Source: a virus (lineage: Duplodnaviria; Caudoviricetes). From it: a stretch of DNA of 53,374 nucleotides. The DNA lies in IMG/VR virus record IMGVR_UViG_3300044807_000061, positions 1-53,374 of that record. One strand, 5' to 3'. Below, one piece after another: positions 1 through 8,800 of this stretch (positions are counted from its first letter, which is position 1; each line of letters begins with the position of its first letter). The notes under the pieces were generated by a model that saw only the letters and a program-made list of their open reading frames with translations, was not told where the DNA came from and did no database searches. Both the position numbers and the translations under genes were made by a program.

Positions 1-198
1 CCTCCGCTGGCTGCAGCAGTCCTACCTCGCCGAGTCGACCATCAGCCGCCGGTTCGGCGTCGTCGCCACCTTCTACCGCCGCGCCGTCCGAGACCGGCTC
101 ATCACCTGGGACCCGACAGCCGACATCGAACGCCCCGAGGTCGACTACGAGAAGCAGCACCGGACCTGGCTCAGCCCACTCGAGCTCGCCCGGTTCCT
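1..198 (+). repeat. Terminal direct repeat, left copy (matches 53177-53374 with 4 mismatches)
   Basis: Direct comparison: differences at positions 13, 23, 50 and 91; 92-198 identical. Confidence 0.97.
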
Positions 199-718
199 CG
201 AGGTCGCACAGAGCCACGGCCCGCACGTCTACGCCATCTTCATGATCCTCGGCCACTGCGGGCTACGAGCAGCGGAGGTCTGCTCGCTGCGGATCGAGCA
301 CATGGTCAGGCTCCGCGGCGAGGACACGATCAGGTTCGTCGGCAAGGGGAACCTGGCCGCGAAGGCCGACCTGCCCATGGCCGTCAGCCGCGCCGTTGAC
401 CTCGCGATCGCCGGCCGCACCGAGGGCCCGATCATCCTCAACACCGAGGGCAACCCGTACACCCCGAACAGCCTGTGGCGGCTCACGAAGCGCCTCGCGG
501 TCGAGGCCGGGATCGACCCCGCGAAGGTCTCCGTCCACACGTTCCGACGCTCCTGCGCCAGGATCGCGATCCTCGTCGGTGAGCCGGTCCACAAGGTCCA
601 GGCGATGCTGCGTCACAAGAGCGCCGACACGACCCTGAAGTGCTACATCGGCGCTGACGGCCTGGGCCGCAGCAGCAGCCACAACGTCTCCGGCTTCCTC
701 GAAGGAATGGCCGGGTAG
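2..718 (+). CDS. Tyrosine recombinase (XerC/D-like), 3' part; gene starts at 52959 and wraps around (about 311 aa)
   Basis: Catalytic set GLRAAE (R), VGKG (K), HTFRR (HxxR), LRH (H), KCY (Y); frame continuous with 52959-53374. Confidence 0.93.
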   Translation, partial: LRWLQQSYLAESTISRRFGVVATFYRRAVRDRLITWDPTADIERPEVDYEKQHRTWLSPLELARFLEVAQSHGPHVYAIFMILGHCGLRAAEVCSLRIEHMVRLRGEDTIRFVGKGNLAAKADLPMAVSRAVDLAIAGRTEGPIILNTEGNPYTPNSLWRLTKRLAVEAGIDPAKVSVHTFRRSCARIAILVGEPVHKVQAMLRHKSADTTLKCYIGADGLGRSSSHNVSGFLEGMAG

Positions 719-729
719 ACGCTGGGACC
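717..729. repeat. Right inverted repeat of the recombinase cassette (agacgctgggacc)
   Basis: Reverse complement of 52866-52879 (ggtccccagcgtct) apart from one G; 10-bp perfect core agacgctggg. Confidence 0.5.
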
Positions 730-737
730 TCCCCGCG

Positions 738-765
738 TCGTGTCGCGTCCCGCTGCACACTGGAC
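738..765 (+). promoter_or_regulatory. GTCC-N11-GGAC element; putative leaderless late promoter (-10 CACACT)
   Basis: gtcc-cgctgcacact-ggac at 747-765; CACACT lies 7 nt before GTG 769; 26/28 identical to 43650-43677. Confidence 0.7.
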
Positions 766-768
766 AGC

Positions 769-1119
769 GTGACGACACTCACCGACGACCAGATCGCCTA
801 CCTCCGCAGCGAGGTCGGTGACACCCCCGACGACGCGACGCTGCAGGACAAGTTCGACCGGCTCGGCAGCACCGTGAAGGTCGCGGCGGAGATCGTCAGC
901 GGGAAGCTCGCTGTCCTGGAGGGGCAGGCGTCGAGCACAACCCTGTCGATCCCCGGCGTGATCAGCGAGAGCGAGTCCTACGACGCGACGCTGCGGGCCC
1001 TGTCAGCGCGGCAGACGCGGCTGCTCGGGCTCGCCGCGCTGCAGGATCAGCAGGCGGCGGCCGTCGACGACGGTGACGGCGTCGCCAGGGTCACCCGCGC
1101 CGACCGGGCCCACCGGTAG
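769..1119 (+). CDS. Putative head-to-tail adaptor
   Basis: 116 aa, first gene of the neck cluster; call rests mainly on synteny. Confidence 0.55.
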   Translation: MTTLTDDQIAYLRSEVGDTPDDATLQDKFDRLGSTVKVAAEIVSGKLAVLEGQASSTTLSIPGVISESESYDATLRALSARQTRLLGLAALQDQQAAAVDDGDGVARVTRADRAHR

Positions 1120-2115
1120 ATGCCGCAGCCAACCGGGATCCGGGCTCTCGCTGAGGACCTCATCAGCCTCTACACCGACGCGTGGGACCGCCTTGAGCTC
1201 GCCGAGACCCGGCTCCTCGCGGACTGGCCGACCCTGAGCCGCGCCCAACGACGCGACCAGCTCGCTGCGCTGCAAGGCCTCGTCGACAGCCTCACCGTCA
1301 CCGCCGACGAGCAAGCCCTCCGCTGGACCAGCGACGTGCTGCCCCGCGCGTATCTCCTCGGCGCGGTCGCCGTGACGGCCGGGGACCTCGCTGGGCTGAA
1401 CCTCGACGCGCTCGTCATCATCGCCCGGGACACCTACGCGGATCTGCTCGCCGCGACGGCCGGGGTGAGTGACAGCGCGAAGACCCTGATCCGCGGTCTG
1501 GCCCGGTCGCAGGTCGCCGACAAGGTCCTGACCGGCGAGACAGCCGTGCAGGCCGGCAAGGACCTGGCCGCGCAGCTGGAGGGGCAGGGGATCCGGGCCG
1601 TGACGTACGCGAACGGCACCCGGCATGGTCTCGCGGAGTACGCGGAGATGCTGCTGCGGACGAAGACCGCGACGGCCTACTCGACGGGGAACCTGACGGG
1701 CATCAGCGCGGCCGGGGTCGGGTGGGTGGAGGTGTTCGACGGGTTCGGGTGCGGCTGGATCGGCCACAACGACAGCGACAAGGCCAACGGCACTATCCGG
1801 ACCGTCGAGGAGTCGATGACGGCGACGCTGAGCCACCCGCGGTGTCAGCGGTCGTTCGGTGGCCGGCCGGACATCACCAGCGCCGGCGCGGCGAAGGACG
1901 CGGTGGCGAGCACGACAGCTGCGCAGCGCCTCGACCAGGCCGCGGTCGACCACTCCCGGGAGCTCGCCGCCGCGCAGCGCGCCGTCCGCCGGGCGCTCAC
2001 CGGCACGACCCGCAGCCGCGCCGGCCGTGTCGTGACCAGCGCAGAGGGCCAGGCGGTGACGGTGCGGCAGGCTCAGCGTCTCGCCGGACGGGCCCGGGCG
2101 CGCGCGACGCGCTGA
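1120..2115 (+). CDS. Minor capsid / MuF-like head morphogenesis protein
   Basis: Helical N-terminus; YAEMLLRT...DGFGC...SHPRCQRSF Cys/His motif typical of phage minor capsid proteins. Confidence 0.75.
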   Translation: MPQPTGIRALAEDLISLYTDAWDRLELAETRLLADWPTLSRAQRRDQLAALQGLVDSLTVTADEQALRWTSDVLPRAYLLGAVAVTAGDLAGLNLDALVIIARDTYADLLAATAGVSDSAKTLIRGLARSQVADKVLTGETAVQAGKDLAAQLEGQGIRAVTYANGTRHGLAEYAEMLLRTKTATAYSTGNLTGISAAGVGWVEVFDGFGCGWIGHNDSDKANGTIRTVEESMTATLSHPRCQRSFGGRPDITSAGAAKDAVASTTAAQRLDQAAVDHSRELAAAQRAVRRALTGTTRSRAGRVVTSAEGQAVTVRQAQRLAGRARARATR

Positions 2116-2117
2116 CC

Positions 2118-2136
2118 GTCCCGCGTCCACCGGGAC
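2118..2136. promoter_or_regulatory. GTCC-N11-GGAC element
   Basis: gtcc-cgcgtccaccg-ggac in the intergenic gap; CACCAT 6 nt before ATG 2168. Confidence 0.55.
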
Positions 2137-2167
2137 ACGTGACACCCGATCAGGGCACCATGAGCGC

Positions 2168-2533
2168 ATGGGCCTCGCGGAGCAGCGCACGAAGTTCACC
2201 ATCAGCCTCCCCGGCGACGGCAGCACCTCGCAGGTCATGGTCGGCGGTGTCGACGTCACCGAGCAGGTCGGTGCGCTGCGCCTGGAGGCCGCTGAGGGCC
2301 GCACCCCGGTCCTCACACTGATCGGGAAGGCCGACGGCATCGTCGAGGCCGACGGGATCGTCCAGACCCCGTCCGGCGCCGCGAACGAGGCGGAGGTCAT
2401 CACCGAGTTCCTGTCCCGCATCGACCCCGTCCAGCTCGAGGCGAAGGTCCTCGCGCGGGACCTGCCGTACGGCGAGGCGATGACGATGCGCGGCGCGCTC
2501 GACCAGCTGATCGAGTGGGCGTCCGGTGGCTGA
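2168..2533 (+). CDS. Hypothetical protein
   Basis: 121 aa with GC3-type codon usage, in operon. Confidence 0.7.
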   Translation: MGLAEQRTKFTISLPGDGSTSQVMVGGVDVTEQVGALRLEAAEGRTPVLTLIGKADGIVEADGIVQTPSGAANEAEVITEFLSRIDPVQLEAKVLARDLPYGEAMTMRGALDQLIEWASGG

Positions 2534-2969
2534 CCCGGCCGACGTTCTCGACGAGCGCCTCACCCGGGCGCAGGGCCGGGTCGAGAAGGTGTTCCTCGAC
2601 GAGTGCGTCATCACCTTCGACGCGGAGGGCCTCGACGATGACGTGCTCGATGAGGAGTCCGGCGACCTCGTCGCTCCTGACGATGACAGCGCACCGCTGT
2701 ACACCGGCCGCTGCTCGGTGGCGCCGACGAACCGGGTCGTTGACGACGTGAGCCTCGACGCCGATCAGCACGCCGCGCAACGGCTCGACCCGCACTACGA
2801 GTTCCTCGGTCCCCTCGCCGAGGTCCCGAAGCTGCCGATCGGCGCGCTCGTCCGGATCACCGCGAGCCGCCGCGATCCGCAGCTCGTCGACAGGGTCTTC
2901 CGCGTCGCAGACCGGCCGGCTACCAGCACCTTCAGCGTGCTGCGGATCGCCAGCCTGGAAGCAACGTGA
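2526..2969 (+). CDS. Head-to-tail stopper (DUF6093-like)
   Basis: D.C.I...LYTGRCSV...ITAS.RDPQLV.RVFRV pattern; position in neck cluster. Confidence 0.7.
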   Translation: MADPADVLDERLTRAQGRVEKVFLDECVITFDAEGLDDDVLDEESGDLVAPDDDSAPLYTGRCSVAPTNRVVDDVSLDADQHAAQRLDPHYEFLGPLAEVPKLPIGALVRITASRRDPQLVDRVFRVADRPATSTFSVLRIASLEAT

Positions 2970-3358
2970 GCAGCGCCAGCAACGCCGAGGAGATCGCAGC
3001 CGCCCTCCTCCACATGGGCGCCCGGGCGAATCTGCGGGCGGTCACGATCACCACGCACTTCGGGCTGCTCATGCAGACTCGCGTCCGAGCCAACGCCAGC
3101 GGCCGGCCCGGTCCGCGCCGGCAGACCGGCGACTACGTCCGGACCATCACCGAGGAGACCACCGTCACCCCCGACGGCGGGGTCAGCAGCATCGTCGGGA
3201 CCAACGCCGTGCAGGGGTGGCGGCTCGAGGCGGGCTTCGCGGGCGAGGACTCGCTCGGCCGCCTGTATGACCAGCCGGCCTTCCCGCACTTCGAACCGGC
3301 GTACGAGCAGACCGTCCCGGAGTACCTCGAGGCGCTGGGAGCTCTGGTGACGCTGTGA
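2966..3358 (+). CDS. HK97 gp10-like neck/tail completion protein
   Basis: TGDYVRTI...VGTN...RLE.G...QPAFPHFEPA pattern. Confidence 0.75.
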   Translation: MSSASNAEEIAAALLHMGARANLRAVTITTHFGLLMQTRVRANASGRPGPRRQTGDYVRTITEETTVTPDGGVSSIVGTNAVQGWRLEAGFAGEDSLGRLYDQPAFPHFEPAYEQTVPEYLEALGALVTL

Positions 3359-3819
3359 GCCTGCCCGTCCTGCCCGTCTACAAGGCCGTTGCTGCGCTCA
3401 TCGGCGCGGCGACCGAGAAGCCTGTCGGCATGGCGAAGCTCCCGAAGGTCCTCGTCGACGGGAAGCCGACCGAGAAGGCCGACGTCCCGTGCACGGTGCT
3501 GTACGTCGAGAACCCCGTGACGAGCGGCCCGGGATGGGGCGATGCGGACGCCGACGCGGAGATGCGGTTCCGCGCCCGCGCGGTCGGTGGCACCGCCGAT
3601 CAGGTCGAGTGGCTCGTCGACAGGATCCGCGGTGCCTGGCTCGACAAGGACCCCGACGACGTCAAGCAGTTCCGCGTCGACCTGGCCATCGACGGGATGA
3701 GCGTGATGAACCGCGAGGTCAAGAGCGAGAGCCCCGTCGAGCCGGAGAGCGACCGGGTGTTCAGCCGCAGCATCGTCCTGTGCGCCTACGTCACGCCCGC
3801 GGACGCCCCCGCCCCCTGA
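3355..3819 (+). CDS. Putative tail terminator
   Basis: 154 aa, between the gp10-like gene and major tail gene. Confidence 0.6.
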   Translation: MSLPVLPVYKAVAALIGAATEKPVGMAKLPKVLVDGKPTEKADVPCTVLYVENPVTSGPGWGDADADAEMRFRARAVGGTADQVEWLVDRIRGAWLDKDPDDVKQFRVDLAIDGMSVMNREVKSESPVEPESDRVFSRSIVLCAYVTPADAPAP

Positions 3820-3847
3820 CGTCCGAGCGGCTGTCCGGTCTGCGCCG

Positions 3848-3872
3848 TACCGTGTCCCGCGACACGAAGGAC
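3848..3872 (+). promoter_or_regulatory. -10 (TACCGT) directly followed by GTCC-N11-GGAC
   Basis: taccgt-gtcc-cgcgacacgaa-ggac, then RBS aggagg and ATG 3892. Confidence 0.65.
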
Positions 3873-3891
3873 ACCTGAGCAGGAGGACCTC

Positions 3892-4182
3892 ATGACGACC
3901 ACACCGACCGAGTCGACGACGCCGGTCAACTTCATGCGCCTGGGCGAGGGGCCGATCGCGCCCGTCACCGACGAGGCGTTCCGGCAGGTCTGGGAGCCCC
4001 GCGGCTACTCGGCTGTCAGCGACGCGGACGCGGAGGCTGCCGCGAACGCACCCGACCAGCCCAAGACCGAAGCCGCTGCTGCGGAGGCCCCCGCACCGCC
4101 GGCCGCATCCCCGGCAGCGCCTGGCCGGCCCGGCGGCGGCACCCCCGGCGGCACACCCGGAGGTCAGCCGCCGACCCCCTGA
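3892..4182 (+). CDS. Small Pro/Ala-rich hypothetical protein
   Basis: Strong RBS; 96 aa. Confidence 0.7.
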   Translation: MTTTPTESTTPVNFMRLGEGPIAPVTDEAFRQVWEPRGYSAVSDADAEAAANAPDQPKTEAAAAEAPAPPAASPAAPGRPGGGTPGGTPGGQPPTP

Positions 4183-4197
4183 CCACACAACACCGAT

Positions 4198-4239
4198 GAG
4201 CGGCCCCGGCACGGGAGACCCCCACTGCCGGGGCCGCTC
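4198..4239 (+). terminator. GC-rich stem-loop (terminator or processing hairpin)
   Basis: 14-bp stem gagcggccccggca / tgccggggccgctc; no U-tract. Confidence 0.55.
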
Positions 4240-4296
4240 CACGTCCACGGCACGCCGAGCAGCCACACCTACCCCCCGGAACGTCGGCCCCCGTCG

Positions 4297-4328
4297 TACG
4301 CTGTCCCTCGTCCCGCAGCACACGGGAC
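4297..4328 (+). promoter_or_regulatory. -10 (TACGCT) plus GTCC-N11-GGAC upstream of major tail gene
   Basis: gtcc-cgcagcacacg-ggac at 4310-4328. Confidence 0.6.
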
Positions 4329-4426
4329 GCTGACGAGACAGCAACCTCTCGGCGACGCGGGTCCGTGACCCAGCGTGGGAAGCCCTCCACACCATCGCGG
4401 CGGTGCCGCAGAGGAGACATCCCATG
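4329..4426 (+). ncRNA. Putative structured 5' leader (copy 1) of the major tail gene
   Basis: Shares a GCTG/CAGC hairpin, a GGCG-[4 bp + bulged A + 5 bp + 3-nt loop]-GGGA block and TCCCATG with 48907-48991. Confidence 0.6.
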
Positions 4427-4900
4427 GCCGACGAGAGGTACATCAACCGGGGCGTCAGCCTCGCCTACTTCCTCCCCACCATCTCTGGCGCTGCCGCGAC
4501 CCGCGCGGAGATCGCCGCCGGCGTCGTCCTGCACGACCGGATGGCCGACATCAGCGGCTTCATGATCGAGGGCGCCGAGGCTGAGGCCAGCGACTGGAGC
4601 AGCGACTTCGACAAGAAGGCCAAGGGCACCCGCGCGCTCGCCGACAGCTCGCTGACCTTCCACGCGAAGAAGACCGGCACCGACGCCGTCCGCGTCGCAC
4701 TTCCTGAGGCGGCCCTCGGGTACGTCGTCATCATGAACGCCGGGGACATCCCGACCACGGGGAAGATGAACCAGTTCCCCGTCCAGGTCCGGTCGGTCGG
4801 TGACGTCTACTCCTTCGGGTCGGACACGGCGAAGTTCCGCGTCCAGTTCTCCCCGACGGACGTGCCGACCATCGGCGCGACCATCCCGGCCTCGAGCTGA
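4424..4900 (+). CDS. Major tail (tube) protein
   Basis: RBS gaggag; F.PTI...ATRAEI.AG...ISGF pattern of actinophage tail tubes; upstream of chaperone and tape measure. Confidence 0.8.
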   Translation: MADERYINRGVSLAYFLPTISGAAATRAEIAAGVVLHDRMADISGFMIEGAEAEASDWSSDFDKKAKGTRALADSSLTFHAKKTGTDAVRVALPEAALGYVVIMNAGDIPTTGKMNQFPVQVRSVGDVYSFGSDTAKFRVQFSPTDVPTIGATIPASS

Positions 4901-4904
4901 CCGG

Positions 4905-5471
4905 GTGACCGCCGAGACTGTGAGCGGCGGGCCTCCTCCCGCCGCGGTGGCATCCGACGCCCACTGGGCGGCGAAGATGGAGCGGCTCCGCAACCGCAAG
5001 CCTCCGGAGCGGACGCTGCTGGTCCGGCTCGACGACAGCGCGGTGGAGGCGGCGCGGAAGGCCCGCAGCGACCTCCACACCGCGCAGGTCCGGGCCAACG
5101 CCGCCGAAGAGGGCGACACCGGCCCGGCACTGGCCCTCGAGCAGGCCGAGCAGCGCCTCAGGGACGCGGAGACGGCATTGGCCGCCGCGACCGTCGAGCT
5201 GACGTTCCGCGGGATGCCCCGCGACGCCTACGAGCAGCTCATCGCCGAGTGCCCCCCGGGCGAGGATCAGGCCGCCGAGGGGCAGACGTACGACCCGGAG
5301 CTGTTCGCCCCGGCCCTCGTCAGCGCCTGCTCGGTCGATGCGATGCCGGTCGAGGATGCCCGGGAGCTCCTGACGTCCCTGTCGCAGCTGGAGGCGGGGG
5401 TGCTGTTCGAGACGTGCATCGGTCTGAACGAGACCGCCCGGATGGACTACGGGAGCCTGGGAAACGGATAG
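4905..5471 (+). CDS. Tail assembly chaperone (gpG-like); start approximate
   Basis: Between tail tube and tape measure; ends just after slippery site G GGA AAC. Confidence 0.8.
   Translation: MTAETVSGGPPPAAVASDAHWAAKMERLRNRKPPERTLLVRLDDSAVEAARKARSDLHTAQVRANAAEEGDTGPALALEQAEQRLRDAETALAAATVELTFRGMPRDAYEQLIAECPPGEDQAAEGQTYDPELFAPALVSACSVDAMPVEDARELLTSLSQLEAGVLFETCIGLNETARMDYGSLGNG
5459..5465 (+). other. -1 programmed frameshift slippery site GGGAAAC
   Basis: X XXY YYZ phase in the chaperone frame; -1 frame open to 5833. Confidence 0.85.
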
Positions 5472-5833
5472 AGGGCGACCTGCAGCTCCTCGCGGAACTG
5501 AAGCTCTGCGACTCCTACCGGATCTCGCACAGTCACTTCCTCGGTGGGCCGCCCACCTGGACCGAGCTCGACCGGCAGAAGGCGTTCGCGCTGCGTGCGT
5601 ACCAGGCCGAGCACGTGTGTCCGGACTGCGGGACCGACCCGAGCCTGTGGACGGTCAGCGATGAGGGCGTCCCGACGATCCCTTATGTCGCGCACCTCGA
5701 GGAGTGCGGCGGCTGCGGGGCGATGGAGTCGCTCCGGGACCAGGTCAGCAAGGACCCTGACGTCGCCGCGCTCCACGGCGTGAAGATCCGCCTGAAGCCG
5801 CTCCAGCCGCTGGAGCTGGTGCCCGGTGTCTGA
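5462..5833 (+). CDS. Tail assembly chaperone frameshift extension (gpT-like)
   Basis: WTELDR...CPDCG...CGGC; lacks a convincing start of its own. Confidence 0.75.
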   Translation, partial: KRIEGDLQLLAELKLCDSYRISHSHFLGGPPTWTELDRQKAFALRAYQAEHVCPDCGTDPSLWTVSDEGVPTIPYVAHLEECGGCGAMESLRDQVSKDPDVAALHGVKIRLKPLQPLELVPGV

Positions 5834-8800
5834 CCTCCGCCGCCTCTACGTCGAGCTGGCCACGAACGTCCGGCCGCTCGTCGCGGGGATGGCGCAGGGC
5901 TCCGTCGCGGTCAAGAAGCTCGGCAAGGACATCGGCGGCCTCGGCGCCGACATGGACCGGCTCTCAGCTAAGGCGACCGAGAGCAGCCGCCGCGTCGTCG
6001 AGGCGCAGAAGCGGATGGAGGCCGCGCAAGCTCGGCTGAACACCCTCCGCTCATCGGGCCGTGCCAGCGTGCAGCAGCAGGCCTCGGCGGAGGCGTCGCT
6101 CATCGCGGCGGAGCGGAACCTCGCTCGCGCCCACACCCAAGCCGCTGATGCGTCGAAGGCCGCGAGCGGCGGCATGAACGGCTTGACCGCCGCTGGCTCC
6201 ACGACGAAAGACATCCTGTCGAAGGTCGCCCTTGTGTCGGGTGTGACGCTCGCTGCTGGACTGCTGGCCAGCGCCAATGCGGCGCTGCAACTGGAGCAGC
6301 GTCTCTACAACGTGGCGTCGATCAGCCCTGAGGTTGCGAGCGACATGGGTCGCTATCGGGAACTGATCGTGTCCCTGTCGACCGAGCTGCCGCAGTCGGC
6401 GAACGACCTGTCCGAGGGCTTCTACAACATCGTCAGTTCGGGGTTCCAGGCCAACGATGCCATCGAGGTGCTGACTGCCTCCGCTCGCGCTGCCGCAGCA
6501 GGTCTGACGAGTACCGAGACGGCGGCGACGGCGATCAGCGCCGTGATAAACGCCTACGGCCTCAGCGCCTCCGATGCGGCGGACATCTCGGATGTGCTTT
6601 TCGAGACCGTCAACAAGGGTGTCATCAACTTCGATCAGCTCGCCCAGGGCGTCGGTGACTACGTCGGGACGGGCGCAGCAGCGAAGGTGAGTATCGGGGA
6701 GCTCGGCGCTGCGGTCGCCGCCATGACGCTGTCCGGTGTGACGGCTGCCGAGTCGGGGACGTCACTGAACCGGGTGCTGCAGTCGATCGTGCAGCCCAGC
6801 GACGCCCTGGCTGAGGCGCTGAAGAACGCCGGCTATGAGAGCGGCGCCGCGGCCCTTGAGGCTGATGGGCTGCACGGGGTTATGGAGAAGCTCCGCACTG
6901 CGACAGGCGGCAACGTCGAGCAGCTCCTCACGTTGTTCCCGGAGATGCGGGCGGCGCGTGGCGCGTTCGCCCTGATGGCCGCCGACGGGAAGAACTACAC
7001 GAACACGTTCGAGAGTGTGGCGACGGTCAACGGCCGGGTTGGTGCGACGCAGCATGCGCTCGCGGAGCAGCAGAAGAGCGGGTCCTACCAGATCACGGTC
7101 CTGAAGAATCAGGCGACTGCCCTCGGGATCGAGATGGGCCAGACGCTGCTGCCGGCCATCAAGTTCATCGTGGGGGGCTTTCACGATTTCTTCGCGATGG
7201 TGCGGGCTCTGCCTGGTCCGGTGATGGCGGTCGTCACCGTGCTGGCTGCCCTATCGGCAGCGGCGCTGCTGGGGGTTGGGGCGTTCATCCGCTACCGCGC
7301 GCCGGTCGCTCAGTTCCGTGCCAGCCTCGCTGCGATGCGCGCTGAGGGCAGTGCCCTCCCGGGGGTGCTAACTGGGGTGACTATCGCGGCGGCGGCCGTC
7401 GCGGCGGCGATGATCATCGGCACGATCATCTACGGCGAGTACGCGTCAGCGAAGGCCAAGGCGAAGCAGGCCACCGAGGACTTCACGGCGGCGCTCAAGT
7501 CTGAACAGCAGGGCCAGAAGGACGCGGTCATGACCTCCGCCATCGATCAGATGGTGAAGAACGGCAGCGCCGAGCGGCTGAAGAAGTACGGCCTGGACAT
7601 CTCGGACTACCTGAAGGGGATTCTGGGGTCGGAGCAGGACTATCAGCGTGAGCGGGACGCGATGTCCGCGGCGCAGAGGAACGCAGGGCCTGGGCACGTC
7701 AATGACTTCATTGAGCTGGCCGGGTCTCTCAACCAGATGCGGGGCTCGCTAGGGGATGCGCGTCTCGGCTTGAGCCTGCAGGCCGAGGCGCAGAAGGACG
7801 CCAGCGCAGCGACGAAGCAGGCACTCGGGCCGCTCGCCGACCTCGATGCAGCGCAGAAGAACGCGTCCGGCGCCGCGGTGGAGCTGTCCGCGTCGCAGAA
7901 GGGTCTCCGGGACACCCTCACCGGTCTCGTCGATGACGCTGCCGCGGCCAAGGATGCCCTGACGGGCCTGACGGACCCGGCGAAGGTCCTGTCGAAGGTG
8001 CAGCAGGACGCCAACGCGCCAGCCACGGAGGCGGCGGGGAAGAGCAAGGACGAGATCAAGGCGCAGAACCAGAAGGAGCTGTACGCGGCGCAGGACCGGG
8101 TCCGGTCGGTCCGGAACGGCACCAAGGCGCAGAAGCAGGCTGCGCAGGACAACCTGACCGAGGTGCGGCGGGCGAACAAGGCCCGGACCGATGCGCTCAA
8201 GGGCGGCAACGCGGACGCGCAGGTCACCCTCGACCAGTGGATCGTCGGGCTCCGGACGTCCGCGCGGCAGCAGGCGCAGTGGGAGGCGGACCTCACGACC
8301 GTCGCCCGCCGTGCCGGCCCCAATGTCGCCTCAGCACTTCGGCAGATGGGCGCTGATGCCATCCCGATCGTGCACGAGCTCGCGACCGGCACGAAGGCGC
8401 AGGTCGCTCAGGTCAAGAGCGCGCTGGACTCCCTCGCACCGGAGGCGCGGCATTCGCTGCAGGCCTTCACGGCCGAGCTCGCGAAGCAGGTCACGGACCA
8501 GGCCGCGTTCGTCGGGAACCTCGTGTCGCTCGCCGCACGTGGGCATCTGGCGGTCGCGCAGGAGCTTGAGAAGCTGCCGATGGAGCAGGCGGTGCCGCTC
8601 GCTGCGCAGGCCGCGAATTCGAGCGACAAGCAGCTGGCGCCGCTCGAGGCGACCTTGAAGCGGCGCGCGGCCATCGCTGGGGACGGGACGACGGAGGCGC
8701 TGGCGGCGGCGGTCGAGAGCGGCATGCAGGTCGTGACGCTCGCCGCCTCGAATGGTGCGCAGGCGGCGGTCGATGCGCTGGTGCAGCGGTTCGGGGATGT

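Noticed and set aside
1-198. Terminal repeat as attL/attR or physical virion ends
   Set aside because: It lies mid-gene at the exact window edges with no host DNA, which fits an assembly overlap better
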